64,000 nt of DNA from Leptolyngbyaceae cyanobacterium (GCA_050331235.1 JBHJHA010000020.1:20101-84100), one strand, 5' to 3'; positions 9,594 through 19,636 are shown, counted from the stretch's first letter. A program made the numbers and translations. Notes: generated by a model not told the origin, from the letters alone.

Positions 9594-10286
9594 TTAACTA
9601 CGAAACAGTCGACTATATTGAGTTTCGTGTTGCATACTGGCGAGTGAAACGCCCCAGCTGCAGGCCATGAGATCATCAGCGGTCAGCGCTGCGATCGCCT
9701 CCTGAGCAGCTTGAATGGGTTCGTTCAACTGCTGCAAAATCCGCTGTCCCTCGGTCTGCCCGAGGGGGACTGCCCGCACTGCGGCACTCACTAGGTTGGC
9801 CGCCCACCCATGTAGATAAGCGATCGCGGCTGCCTCCAAGGGAATCTGCCAGGCTTGCGCTACTAAGCCATAGGCGATCGCATAGTTGCAGTTTTCTGCC
9901 TGAGTGAACGGTGGTAACCCTTGTGCAAGCTCAGGATTGAGGTCAGAAAATAGACGCAGCAGCGATTTGCCCATTTGCCAGCTTTGCGATCGCATTTCCT
10001 CCGTTTCCCGATAGGCCGATAGCCAGTCGTTCCAGTAGACCAAACGTTCAGCATTCGAGTTGATTGCCGCTCGGTAGCTCCACTGCATGATGCCTGTCTC
10101 CAGACGAATCCCGCCCCATTGCAACTCGTCAGACAGCCACCGGAGTAGTTCAGCCCCTGTAGCGATCGCCTGATTAGTAGCCAGCGTTTCAATGCCTTCT
10201 GAGTAGCTGTAGGCCCCAACCGGGAGAGCTGGGCTCGCCAACTGCAACAGCGTTAGCAAATGCACATGCGTAAAATTTACGGTCAT
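9594..10286 (-). CDS. ureF: Urease accessory protein UreF
   Basis: LQLASPALPVGAYSYSEG...PLGQTEGQ...HETQYSRLFRS. Confidence 0.96.
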   Translation of the reverse strand: MTVNFTHVHLLTLLQLASPALPVGAYSYSEGIETLATNQAIATGAELLRWLSDELQWGGIRLETGIMQWSYRAAINSNAERLVYWNDWLSAYRETEEMRSQSWQMGKSLLRLFSDLNPELAQGLPPFTQAENCNYAIAYGLVAQAWQIPLEAAAIAYLHGWAANLVSAAVRAVPLGQTEGQRILQQLNEPIQAAQEAIAALTADDLMACSWGVSLASMQHETQYSRLFRS

Positions 10287-10418
10287 TTAGCCTGCCCTCA
10301 ACCTCGCCAAATCATACCCCTAGCCAAACTGAGCAGCCCACAGATTCACCCTGGCCGGTAGACCTTAAACGTAATGTGCGCCAAATCAATAATGGCTGTA
10401 CGGAGGGGAGCTAGCCCC

Positions 10419-11159
10419 CTATAAACGACGCATCAAGCTCTTACCGTGTGTATCTGTACCACAGGTAGTAAGGAGCCCTAACTCCTCAGCCAACTGCTGC
10501 ATTGAGGGGGTCTTCTTAGGGCAGGGCCGCCAAGCTTTGGGGTTGTCATAGGCATAGAAGGCTTCGATGCCGTCAATTCCATGCTCCACCGCCAGAGGCA
10601 CTAGATCTTCGGGAGAACGACGATAGCGACAGGGGTGTGCCAATACCGCAATCCCCCCCGCCAACTGAATTGATTGGATCACCTTGTCGGCCAGTTGCTC
10701 ATCGCCCCGAGGGGAGTAGTGATTGAGGTAAGGCTGCATCGCAGGATGGTTGGGCTGAAAGGCATATCCTAAAATATGTACTTCTACCCCTGCCAGCCGC
10801 GAGGTCACCTCAACGCCAACCCAAAGTCTGGGTAAACGTCGCATCCCCTGGTAGCGTCCCCGCCGCTGAATTGGAGCCGGATGCTTCCACTGCCAGTCTT
10901 CTAAATACTGTTTAGCCTGACGAAATCCACTCACTGTGTGGTGATCAGTAATCGCAAACTCCCGTAGGCCTAGGTTGATAGCTTGCTCCACCAGCATTTC
11001 TGGCGACAGCTGGCCGTCAGAATGTAGGGTATGCATATGAAAATTGAGTTCCCCTGGGCAGCTCGCCTCGGTGACAGTTTCGAAGATCCTTCGAAGCTCT
11101 AGAGCATTTCTCTGTAATGCCCCAGCCGAAACGCCTACTTGGGCGGGGCTAGTTACCAT
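10419..11159 (-). CDS. PHP-domain metal-dependent phosphoesterase
   Basis: HMHTLHSDG, AITDHH, GVEV, HILGY, LAHP and GTDTH motifs. Confidence 0.9.
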   Translation of the reverse strand: MVTSPAQVGVSAGALQRNALELRRIFETVTEASCPGELNFHMHTLHSDGQLSPEMLVEQAINLGLREFAITDHHTVSGFRQAKQYLEDWQWKHPAPIQRRGRYQGMRRLPRLWVGVEVTSRLAGVEVHILGYAFQPNHPAMQPYLNHYSPRGDEQLADKVIQSIQLAGGIAVLAHPCRYRRSPEDLVPLAVEHGIDGIEAFYAYDNPKAWRPCPKKTPSMQQLAEELGLLTTCGTDTHGKSLMRRL

Positions 11160-11529
11160 GACTGTCCTTGTTTTTTCTGATTACCACATATTTTCTTCAT
11201 CTAATATAACTGTCGCGAAAAGTTTGCGTATAGTTGTTTTTACCTTTCTCAAGGGGAATTCAGCTGGCGTAGCCAGCCATCTCCCCTCAACTGCCCCAAC
11301 CAGCACAGTTTGCTCTGCGCCAATTGCTCTGCACCAAAACGTCTTGAGAGTCGAGCTCTCAAGCTTGTTGCGAATACTTTCTGTATAAGCGACCTATACA
11401 TCGACCCCCGATGACCTTAGTTCTCTCTTGGCAAGGCGATATCAGCACGGCCCCGCCAGCCATAAAAATGAATAAAAGCTTTTCTTATGAGGTTTTTCCA
11501 CAACTCGAAAGAGGCTAAAACACTCGGCC

Positions 11530-11616
11530 TTGAAGACATTCTCTCAAATTTTAGTTGAGAGTGTTTATCAACAATGCTAGGATGCTTCACATTGTTCTAA
11601 CTGCATTTATTCTCAA
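11530..11616 (+). promoter_or_regulatory. Fur-box-like sites in the futA promoter
   Basis: TTGAAGACATTCTCTCAA (11530-47), TTGAGAGTGTTTATCAA (11555-71) and TGCATTTATTCTCAA (11602-16) resemble the cyanobacterial TTGAGA-N5-TCTCAA Fur motif, upstream of an iron-uptake gene. Confidence 0.65.
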
Positions 11617-11632
11617 CAAGGACCTGTTTACG

Positions 11633-12685
11633 ATGCACAAGTTTACGCGACGCTCATTTTTGGTTGCAGGGGGCGCTACTATCGCGTTGACCGCGGCTCA
11701 GCTCAACCGTCCCCGCCGAGCGATTGCTCAAACAGAAGAGATCAACCTTTATTCTTCTCGTCACTACAACACCGATGACGCGCTTTACGAGGGCTTTACC
11801 GAACAGACTGGTATCCGCGTCAACTTAATTGAGGGCAATGCAGACGAATTGCTCGAGCGCATTTTGAATGAAGGCGATAACAGTCCGGCTGACATTTTTA
11901 TGACTGTTGATGCCGGTCGTTTGTGGCGGGCGGCACAGGCAGATATCTTCGCCCCCGTAACTTCATCTATTTTGACGGAGCGCATTCCCGCCAATTTGCG
12001 GGATCCCGATGGGTTGTGGTTTGGCTTTTCTAAGCGGGCTCGCGTCATCATGTACAACCGCGATCGCGTCAACCCTGCCGAGCTATCGGCCTATGAGGCA
12101 TTGGCCGAACCCAAATGGAATGGACGCGTCTTAATTCGTTCATCGAGCAACATTTACAACCAGTCTTTGGTTGCCGGCATGATCGAAACGAATGGTTTAG
12201 AGGCGACTGAAACTTGGGCTGAGGGGCTCGTGAGCAACTTTGCGCGCTCTCCTGAAGGCAACGATACCGCTCAAATTAGGGGAGTAGCAGCGGGTCTAGG
12301 CGATGTTGCCATTGCTAATAGCTATTACCTAGCTCGCTTAGGCAAATCAGACGATCCGGCTGATCAACTCGTATTTGAGAAGGTTGGGGCTTTCTTCCCG
12401 AACCAGCGAGGTCGGGGCACCCACGTCAATATCAGCGGAGCAGGTCGACTGAGCACCGCGCCGAATCCAGAAGGGGCGATCGCCTTTTTGGAATATCTAT
12501 CCACCCCACAAGCTCAGGCCTTTTTTGCGGAGGGTAATAACGAGTATCCCGTCGTTGAGGGGACTGAGATTGATCCAATCTTGGCTAGCTTTGGCGACTT
12601 TAAAGAAGACGAAGTGGATGTCGAAGCCTACGGCAGCAACGCCAGTGCAGCAGTGCAACTCATGGATCGAGCCGGTTGGGAATAA
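11633..12685 (+). CDS. futA: Fe(III) ABC transporter substrate-binding protein FutA/IdiA
   Basis: Tat signal TRRSFL, INLYSSRHY, TVDAGRL, ANSYY, GTHVNISG, GNNEYP. Confidence 0.95.
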   Translation: MHKFTRRSFLVAGGATIALTAAQLNRPRRAIAQTEEINLYSSRHYNTDDALYEGFTEQTGIRVNLIEGNADELLERILNEGDNSPADIFMTVDAGRLWRAAQADIFAPVTSSILTERIPANLRDPDGLWFGFSKRARVIMYNRDRVNPAELSAYEALAEPKWNGRVLIRSSSNIYNQSLVAGMIETNGLEATETWAEGLVSNFARSPEGNDTAQIRGVAAGLGDVAIANSYYLARLGKSDDPADQLVFEKVGAFFPNQRGRGTHVNISGAGRLSTAPNPEGAIAFLEYLSTPQAQAFFAEGNNEYPVVEGTEIDPILASFGDFKEDEVDVEAYGSNASAAVQLMDRAGWE

Positions 12686-12716
12686 AGCCGACGCTTAGAT
12701 AACCATTGCCAAAGTC

Positions 12717-12749
12717 AAGGCAGCTAGGGCAATTTTGTCCAGCTGCCTT
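12717..12749 (+). terminator. Hairpin terminator after futA
   Basis: AAGGCAGCT...AGCTGCCTT followed by a T-rich tail. Confidence 0.65.
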
Positions 12750-12894
12750 CTGTGTTTATGGTCATTACAGATGACCGTCCGCTATAGCTGGATAGCGTGA
12801 CAGCTGAGCGGCCATGCTCACCAGCCGTCTAACATTCGGTTTTATACTGTCAAAAGAATATCCAAACTCCCTGTTTCCCTGGACATCACCGTTT

Positions 12895-13788
12895 ATGACT
12901 GTTCAACTAACGGCTCCCCAGAGCCTCGAAAAAAAATTCTGGAGTTGGCAAGGACATCAGATTTGCTACACCAGCCAAGGCAGCGGCCAGCCCCTCGTTC
13001 TGATTCACGGCTTTGGGGCCTCGATTGGTCACTGGCGCAAAAACATCCCCGTGCTGGCTGCAGCAGGCTATCAAGTTCATGCCCTTGACCTACTGGGGTT
13101 TGGTGCATCTGATAAGCCCCATCTGCCGTTTACTCTGGAGCTTTGGGAGTCTTTGCTCCAAGACTATTGGCGGGCTCACATCAATCAGCCGGCGGTCTTC
13201 GTCGGCAACTCCATTGGGGGGCTGCTGACCCTTATGTTGCTGGCTCACTCCCCTGAGATGGCCCAAGCTGGGGTCCTGCTGAACTGCGCAGGGGGTCTGA
13301 ATCACCGTCCTGAGGAGTTGGCCCCACCACTCCGGTTAATTATGGGCACTTTTAGCAAAGTAGTTGGGTCAAAGTGGTTAGGCCCAATCGTTTTCAACGA
13401 AGTCCGGCGGAAATTTCGTATTCGCGGCTCACTCCAGCAGGTTTATCGCAACCGAGCCGCGATTACTGATGATTTAGTAGAGATGCTCTATCGACCTTCC
13501 TGTGATCCTGGAGCCCAAAAGGTGTTTGCCGCCATTCTCTCAGCCCCCCCCGGCCCCAAGCCCGAGGGTTTGCTACCTCAGATTAAACAGCCGCTCTTAG
13601 TGCTTTGGGGGGCAGATGATCCGTGGACGCCAATTCAAGGGTCTGCCATCTACCGCGAACTGAGTGAAACAGATGCGATCGCCCCGGCGGTCGAGTTTCA
13701 CGCCATTCCCGATACGGGGCACTGTCCGCATGATGAGCGTCCTGAGGTTGTCAATCCGTTAATGATTGACTGGCTCCAGGCACTGTAG
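12895..13788 (+). CDS. Alpha/beta fold hydrolase
   Basis: LIHGFGAS, DLLGFG, GNSIGG nucleophile, WGADD, GHCPHDE. Confidence 0.92.
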   Translation: MTVQLTAPQSLEKKFWSWQGHQICYTSQGSGQPLVLIHGFGASIGHWRKNIPVLAAAGYQVHALDLLGFGASDKPHLPFTLELWESLLQDYWRAHINQPAVFVGNSIGGLLTLMLLAHSPEMAQAGVLLNCAGGLNHRPEELAPPLRLIMGTFSKVVGSKWLGPIVFNEVRRKFRIRGSLQQVYRNRAAITDDLVEMLYRPSCDPGAQKVFAAILSAPPGPKPEGLLPQIKQPLLVLWGADDPWTPIQGSAIYRELSETDAIAPAVEFHAIPDTGHCPHDERPEVVNPLMIDWLQAL

Positions 13789-14086
13789 TAACCCTCAAGC
13801 GAATCTGGGGCTAGGTCGTCGGAGCCGCAACTGGAGAATCGTAAAGGTCAGTCAGGTCTAGTTTTGATTCGGGCTGATGTTGCAAAGCACGGCTCTGCGG
13901 TACCCCGCGATCGCTCCGACCACCCTCCCTTAATCGGGAATTAAACGCATCAATGACTTTTGTTAATCTTCCACACATCGACTTTCGCTATCCTGAGCCA
14001 CAGGGCTTGGGGTGTGGAAGTCCCGTATCTGTTTCGCGCCCATCAAACTGCTCATTTGTTCCATTGCTTTTATTTGAGCTGCACCT

Positions 14087-14782
14087 ATGACAACCGTATT
14101 TGATTTTTTGGCAAAAGGTGGCCCCGTCATGGTGCCGATTTTGGGTTGCTCAGTGCTGACGATTGCCACTGCCTTTGAGCGCACCTGGTTTTGGACAAGT
14201 CTGCTGCAGCGGGAAAGTCAAGTTGCTAACGATGTGTTGGAAGCAGCCCGGCATGACCTAGACGAAGCCGCAGCGATCGCGAGCGGTGCTAGTGACACTC
14301 CTATCGGGCGTTTTTTGCTAGCTCCTTTGCGGCTCAAACATCCCTCACCGGAGACCTTTCGGCTAGCCCTCGAAAACGCTGGTGATAAAGAGTTTGTCAA
14401 AATGCGACGGGGCGACAAGATTCTAGAAACGATCGTCGCCGTGGCCCCACTTCTGGGTTTGCTGGGTACCGTAACGGGTCTAATTGCGACCTTCAATAAT
14501 TTAGACATCGGCAGCGGTGGGGGCACCGATACCTCCCAAGCAGCGGCCGGTATTGGTGAGGCCCTGATTACCACGGCGGCGGGCATGGTGGTTGCCATCA
14601 TGGCGTTGTTAGTATTCCGGGTGATGGTGACCTTTCAGGGGCAGCAGATCGACTATTTTTCGGAAGCAGGCAACGAACTGGAGCTGATTTACCGACAATG
14701 TTGGTACGAGCCCGCTTTGTCCGCCATGGATGGCCATCCCGATCATTCTCCGGCCGAGCCGATCCCGGCGGAACGGTACTAA
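14087..14782 (+). CDS. exbB: MotA/TolQ/ExbB proton channel protein
   Basis: APLLGLLGTVTGLI and GIGEALITTAAG motifs. Confidence 0.92.
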   Translation: MTTVFDFLAKGGPVMVPILGCSVLTIATAFERTWFWTSLLQRESQVANDVLEAARHDLDEAAAIASGASDTPIGRFLLAPLRLKHPSPETFRLALENAGDKEFVKMRRGDKILETIVAVAPLLGLLGTVTGLIATFNNLDIGSGGGTDTSQAAAGIGEALITTAAGMVVAIMALLVFRVMVTFQGQQIDYFSEAGNELELIYRQCWYEPALSAMDGHPDHSPAEPIPAERY

Positions 14783-14802
14783 CCCCATAGCCAGAGGTTG
14801 CC

Positions 14803-15216
14803 ATGCGCTTTCGTGATACGAAAGATACTCCGCCCCCTCAGGTGGATTTGATTCCCATGTTGACGGTCATGATGGGGGTGCTGGCGTTTTTTGTCGTGGT
14901 CACCCTGACCCTTGGCAGCGAAGAGAAAATTGATATGAAGCTGCCCGCTGCTCAGTCTGAAGACCAGCCGGCACCCACCTCATCGACGCTCCCTTTCATT
15001 GTCGAAATGGAGGCTAACGGCGGCTTTCAGGTGAACAATGAACCTATTGATAAAGACACTCTAAAAGTGCGTATGGAAGCCTACCTCAACGCCGATGAGG
15101 ATAACGTTGTCTATCTACTGCCCAATCGAGAGTTGCCCTACGAGCAGGTCATCCAGTTTTTGGGAGAAATGCGAGCGGTGGGGGGCGATCGCGTGACCTT
15201 AGCGATCGAAGAATAG
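14803..15216 (+). CDS. exbD: ExbD/TolR protein
   Basis: VDLIPMLTVMMGVLAFF transmembrane segment and LPYEQVI. Confidence 0.88.
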   Translation: MRFRDTKDTPPPQVDLIPMLTVMMGVLAFFVVVTLTLGSEEKIDMKLPAAQSEDQPAPTSSTLPFIVEMEANGGFQVNNEPIDKDTLKVRMEAYLNADEDNVVYLLPNRELPYEQVIQFLGEMRAVGGDRVTLAIEE

Positions 15217-15274
15217 GCCGATCGATAAGTCCCAATCAAATACCGTTTATTTAAGTCCAACTGCAGTCACTGCC

Positions 15275-15688
15275 ATGCGCCGAAATCGACCCGCGTCTAA
15301 AATTCCCGAAGTCAACCTCGTTCCCATGATGGACGTGCTGATGACGGTGCTGACCTTTTTCATTATCATCTCTATGAGCCTGACCGGGCGACAACTGCTC
15401 GGCATCGACATTCCTAGTGAAGTGGAGGGAGTCGACGAACCGGTTGAAGAAGAAGAACAAACTGCCGCGCTAATTATCGGTTTAGACAGCGGTGGCGCGA
15501 TTTTATTTGAAGACCAAAAGATCAGCTTTCAACAACTAACCCAAAGAATTCGCACCTATTTTTCGGAAAACCCTGACGGCACTTTAATCCTCAAGGCCGA
15601 TAAGGAACTGCCCTACGACGAAGTTGCTAACTTTTTGACGGATTTACGGGATATCGGTGGCAATCGAGTTTCCCTCGCGGTGGAATAA
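15275..15688 (+). CDS. exbD: ExbD/TolR protein
   Basis: EVNLVPMMDVLMTVLTFFII and ILKADKELPY. Confidence 0.9.
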   Translation: MRRNRPASKIPEVNLVPMMDVLMTVLTFFIIISMSLTGRQLLGIDIPSEVEGVDEPVEEEEQTAALIIGLDSGGAILFEDQKISFQQLTQRIRTYFSENPDGTLILKADKELPYDEVANFLTDLRDIGGNRVSLAVE

Positions 15689-15880
15689 ATTGCCTGGCTG
15701 GACGCGATCGCACCCTGTTGTCAATAACTCGCAATACTGAACTTCCGGTGTCTCGCTCCGTTGGCTCCTCCGCGACCGTTTCAGCCGCGATCGTTGTTAT
15801 ACGCAGGGCCGCGAGGGTAGCCCGCAATAGGCTAGACCACTATAATTTTTATGGCAGTTATCAGGTATTCAGGAACATTT

Positions 15881-16351
15881 ATGGACCTTGGCGCACTGGA
15901 CCCCATCAAGCCCTATTTGAACTTTTTTCACCCCATTTTTATGTGGGCGTTGCTCGCACTCAGCATCTATGCCCTGTATTTAGGTCTCAAAATTCGCGAA
16001 ACTCGCTCAGCCGAAGGCGATAAACGCAAGGAATTGATTAAGGGTAAATTCAACAGCCGCCATCACAATATGGGCTCGGCTCTGTTGGCCTTGATGGTGC
16101 TTGGCAGCATCGGAGGGATGGCGGTCACCTACATCAACAACGGCAAACTGTTTGTGGGTCCACATCTATTAGTGGGCTTGGGGATGACGGGCATCATTGC
16201 TACGTCTGCTTCCCTCGTTCCCTTTATGCAAAAGGGCAATGATATCGCTCGCTCGGCTCACATCACCCTCAATATCGTGTTGGTCGGGTTGTTTGGCTGG
16301 CAAGCGGTGACCGGGATGCAAATTGTGCAGCGGATCTTAGACAACTTCTAG
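15881..16351 (+). CDS. DUF4079-type His-containing membrane protein
   Basis: FFHP.FMW, SRHHNMGS, NNGKLFVGPHLL, ARSAHITLN. Confidence 0.8.
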   Translation: MDLGALDPIKPYLNFFHPIFMWALLALSIYALYLGLKIRETRSAEGDKRKELIKGKFNSRHHNMGSALLALMVLGSIGGMAVTYINNGKLFVGPHLLVGLGMTGIIATSASLVPFMQKGNDIARSAHITLNIVLVGLFGWQAVTGMQIVQRILDNF

Positions 16352-16519
16352 AGCACAAGCGGAATTTTCTGCTTCGGAGCCAGGTTTTGTTTCTTCGCTT
16401 GCTGACAAGCTCGTTGACCAAGACCTGGCTTGGTTATCTTGGCTCTCGCGAAAGCTGCCCCCATTCCGTTGATTCTTTCATCGGTTTTTTAGGCGTGTTA
16501 CTCCCTGTACAGTGACCAG

Positions 16520-19486
16520 ATGAACCTTTCTACCTTTGGGGTAATGCTAGCGATCAGCGCGATCGCGTTTATCATCGGCGGGCTACCGATCATTGCTGGG
16601 TTGGTACAGGGGTTGACTCAGCAACGGCTCACCCAACTCGGCACCGGCAACATCAGCGTCTCGGCAGCGTTTTACCATGGGGGGACAAAGGTAGGGCTGC
16701 TGGCAGTGCTCTCGGAAGCGCTGAAAGGCATCGGTGTTGTCCTGCTGGCTCGCTGGTTGCTGCCAGACTTGAGCGCTGGCGAGATCGTTGCGCTGATTGC
16801 GCTGGTAGCTGGACGCTTCACCCTGGGGCGGGGGGCCGGCACGACCAACGTCGTTTGGGGCTATATTGCTCACGATTGGGTCATTGCGGCTAGCATCTTC
16901 GCCGTGTCGGGGATCTTGTTTATTCTGATGCGGCGGCGGCAAACAGCGCGTCTAGGAATATTGGTGCTGATACCGCTATTCGAAGCGCTGCGACGTCCTA
17001 ATGAACCCGGCGCGATCGCTGCCGCCACTATTCTCAGCCTGCTGATTGCCTGGATTTACCAGCAACTGCCAGATGATTTGGCCCTGTCTCGTCAGCCCAC
17101 CTCAACGAGCTCTCGCAAGATGTTTCAATTTTTGAAAGGATCTGAGGTAATTGGGTCACTCAACGACCCGCCCAATGCTGCCCAAATGGGACAAAAAGCC
17201 GCCACTTTAGCGCAGCTCAAACAAAGGGGTTACGTCGTACCCGAGGGTTGGGTGTTGCCCCCTGCAAGTTCTGTACCATCACTCATTGCGCACCTAGAGA
17301 AATCTAACGCTGACCCGTGGCAGCAGGCTTGGGTTGTTCGCTCCTCTGCAATCGGTGAGGACAGTCCAGACACTTCTGGGGCAGGGCAATATACCTCGAT
17401 CGCTGGCGTCATGAGTGCGACTGTCATGGCAGCGGCGATCGCTGAGTGTCGAGCGGCTTACTTTCAGGCAGGGGCCGCCCAATATCGGCGCGATCAGGGG
17501 CTGGTAGACCAGGCGGGCCTCTCACTGCTAGTCCAGCAGCAAATTACGGGGCAGTTTTCAGGGGTAGCCTTTAGCCGCGACCCGGTCCAGCCGGATGATG
17601 CGGTGCTGGTCGAGGCCCTGGCTGGCGGCGCTGATCAAGTTGTTTCCGGCAGGGTTACCCCCCAGCAATATCGCATCACTGTCGATGAGACGGCGATCGC
17701 TTCGTGCTTACCCACTGACTTTGCTACGCTCACGCTGCCCTTGGAGCCTGAAACCACGGTCCCCCCCGCATTAATCGATCAGGTGGCAGCTCTGGCTCGG
17801 CATTTAGAGCTCTACTATCATGGCATTCCCCAGGATATCGAATGGAGCTATGACGGCAAAACGCTGTGGCTGCTCCAGGCTCGCCCCATCACGACCTTAA
17901 CGCCGATTTGGACACGTAAAATCGCAGCGGAGGTCATCCCAGGAATGATCCGCCCGTTGACTTGGTCGATCAACCGACCACTCACCTGCGGTGTTTGGGG
18001 TCAACTGTTCACCATTGGTCTAGGCAAACGGGCGGCTGGCCTCAACTTCGAAGACACGGCCACACTGCATTATTCCCGTGCCTATTTCAACGCGACACTG
18101 CTGGGTCAACTGTTTCGTCGCATGGGGCTGCCACCCGAAAGCCTAGAGTTCCTCACCATGGGGACCAAATTCAGCCGACCGCCCTGGGCAAGCACCCTGG
18201 GCAATCTCCCAGGGCTGCTACGGTTGCTCAAGCGGATGTGGCAGCTACCCTCAGACTTTGAGCAGGACGATCACCAAACCTTGGCTCCAGCAATTCAATT
18301 TCTGCGTGAGCAGCCAGCGACAACGCTCACTGTGCCTGAGCTATTTGAGCGCATTGACTCAATTCTGACGCAGCTCAATAAAGCCACTTATTACAATATC
18401 TTGGCTCCCCTAAGCTTTGCCCTGCTTCGGGGCATTTTTAAAATTCCTGAAACGGCCCTCGACCCACAGCACCAGCCCGAGATCGCTTCGCTGCAGTTGG
18501 TGAAAGCACTGGCTCAGCGGGCACAGCAGCAGGCACCCGAGGTGATAGCCCGACTTAGGGATGCGGCGGCGTCTACGGCTCCGGCAGACCTCTGGCAAGG
18601 GTTGTTGCAGACGCCCGGGGGTCAAGCGATCGCGGCTGATCTAGCAGACATCATTCAGCAGTACGGCTACCTCAGCGAGGTAGGAACTGACATTGCCGTT
18701 CCCACTTGGCAGGAAGATCCCCAACCGGTTCAAACGTTGCTGATTCAATTTTTGCTCAATCCTCCACGGGCAGCGACCAGCGCCGAGTCAGACTCAGAAA
18801 GGCAGGCCAGTAATTGGCGCTATCGACAGGTACAGCAGCGATTTGACCTCAAGGGCAGAGTTGCCACGGTTTATCTCATCCTCCTAGCAGAATTGCGCTG
18901 GAGTTTGTTGGCCCTAGAGCAAACTGCGATCGCCCATCGTTTGCTGGACGAGCCTGGGGATGCTTTTTTCCTTACCGATGCCGAGCTGAAAACTTGCCTA
19001 ACTAATCACGAAACCATGCAGGCCTTAGTGACTCAGCGGCGATCGCAGTTTGCACAGCACGGCGCTTTTGCCACTGTGCCGTTCGTGGTATATGGCAATA
19101 CGCCCCCCCCGGATCTGCATCCAGGCAGCTCTGATCTGCCCCTTTCGGCCAAGTTCCAACAGGGAATTGGGGCTAGCCCTGGCCAAGTCGAGGGGACCGT
19201 AAGAGTTCTCACTTCACTCCAGCTATCAGAAAAATTAGCTCCCAATACGATTTTGGTGGTGCCATACACCGATGCCGGTTGGGCCCCCGTCCTCGCACAG
19301 GTAGCCGGGCTCATCGCCGAAGTAGGCGGTAAGCTATCCCATGGGGCGATCGTCGCTCGAGAATATCAGATTCCTGCGGTCATGAATATTGCGGATGCCA
19401 CTCAACAATTTCATGACGGTCAGCGGATTCGCATCGATGGACGCTTCGGAACCGTTGAAATTCTCGATGAGATAACCACAACTTAG
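16520..19486 (+). CDS. Fusion of a PlsY-like membrane domain, a PPDK-type ATP-grasp domain, a central domain and a C-terminal phospho-His swivel domain
   Basis: N-terminal GTGNISVSA..EALKG; VRSSAIGEDS..SGAGQY; QDIEW..WLLQARPIT; C-terminal TDAGW..EVGGKLSHGAIVAREY.IPAV. Confidence 0.85.
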   Translation: MNLSTFGVMLAISAIAFIIGGLPIIAGLVQGLTQQRLTQLGTGNISVSAAFYHGGTKVGLLAVLSEALKGIGVVLLARWLLPDLSAGEIVALIALVAGRFTLGRGAGTTNVVWGYIAHDWVIAASIFAVSGILFILMRRRQTARLGILVLIPLFEALRRPNEPGAIAAATILSLLIAWIYQQLPDDLALSRQPTSTSSRKMFQFLKGSEVIGSLNDPPNAAQMGQKAATLAQLKQRGYVVPEGWVLPPASSVPSLIAHLEKSNADPWQQAWVVRSSAIGEDSPDTSGAGQYTSIAGVMSATVMAAAIAECRAAYFQAGAAQYRRDQGLVDQAGLSLLVQQQITGQFSGVAFSRDPVQPDDAVLVEALAGGADQVVSGRVTPQQYRITVDETAIASCLPTDFATLTLPLEPETTVPPALIDQVAALARHLELYYHGIPQDIEWSYDGKTLWLLQARPITTLTPIWTRKIAAEVIPGMIRPLTWSINRPLTCGVWGQLFTIGLGKRAAGLNFEDTATLHYSRAYFNATLLGQLFRRMGLPPESLEFLTMGTKFSRPPWASTLGNLPGLLRLLKRMWQLPSDFEQDDHQTLAPAIQFLREQPATTLTVPELFERIDSILTQLNKATYYNILAPLSFALLRGIFKIPETALDPQHQPEIASLQLVKALAQRAQQQAPEVIARLRDAAASTAPADLWQGLLQTPGGQAIAADLADIIQQYGYLSEVGTDIAVPTWQEDPQPVQTLLIQFLLNPPRAATSAESDSERQASNWRYRQVQQRFDLKGRVATVYLILLAELRWSLLALEQTAIAHRLLDEPGDAFFLTDAELKTCLTNHETMQALVTQRRSQFAQHGAFATVPFVVYGNTPPPDLHPGSSDLPLSAKFQQGIGASPGQVEGTVRVLTSLQLSEKLAPNTILVVPYTDAGWAPVLAQVAGLIAEVGGKLSHGAIVAREYQIPAVMNIADATQQFHDGQRIRIDGRFGTVEILDEITTT

Positions 19487-19541
19487 GAAATCTGAGGGCC
19501 TTTCTTTCGACTCTCTCCCTGCCACAACTCTGGCAGCCAAC

Positions 19542-19636
19542 TTCCCTAAGTGCTTGAGCGCTCTCATGACGTCTTGAAGACTAATCATTGCTCTGGTTTG
19601 TCCATCGAGGGCGAGCCAAACCTGCTGTTTTGTCTT
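19542..19636 (-). mobile_element. Degenerate IS1-family transposase remnant
   Basis: KTKQQVWLALDGQTRAMI followed, in a shifted frame, by RHESAQAL. This matches the IS1 InsB pattern KQWVWLA.D..TREIVG...SAQALW. Confidence 0.55.
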
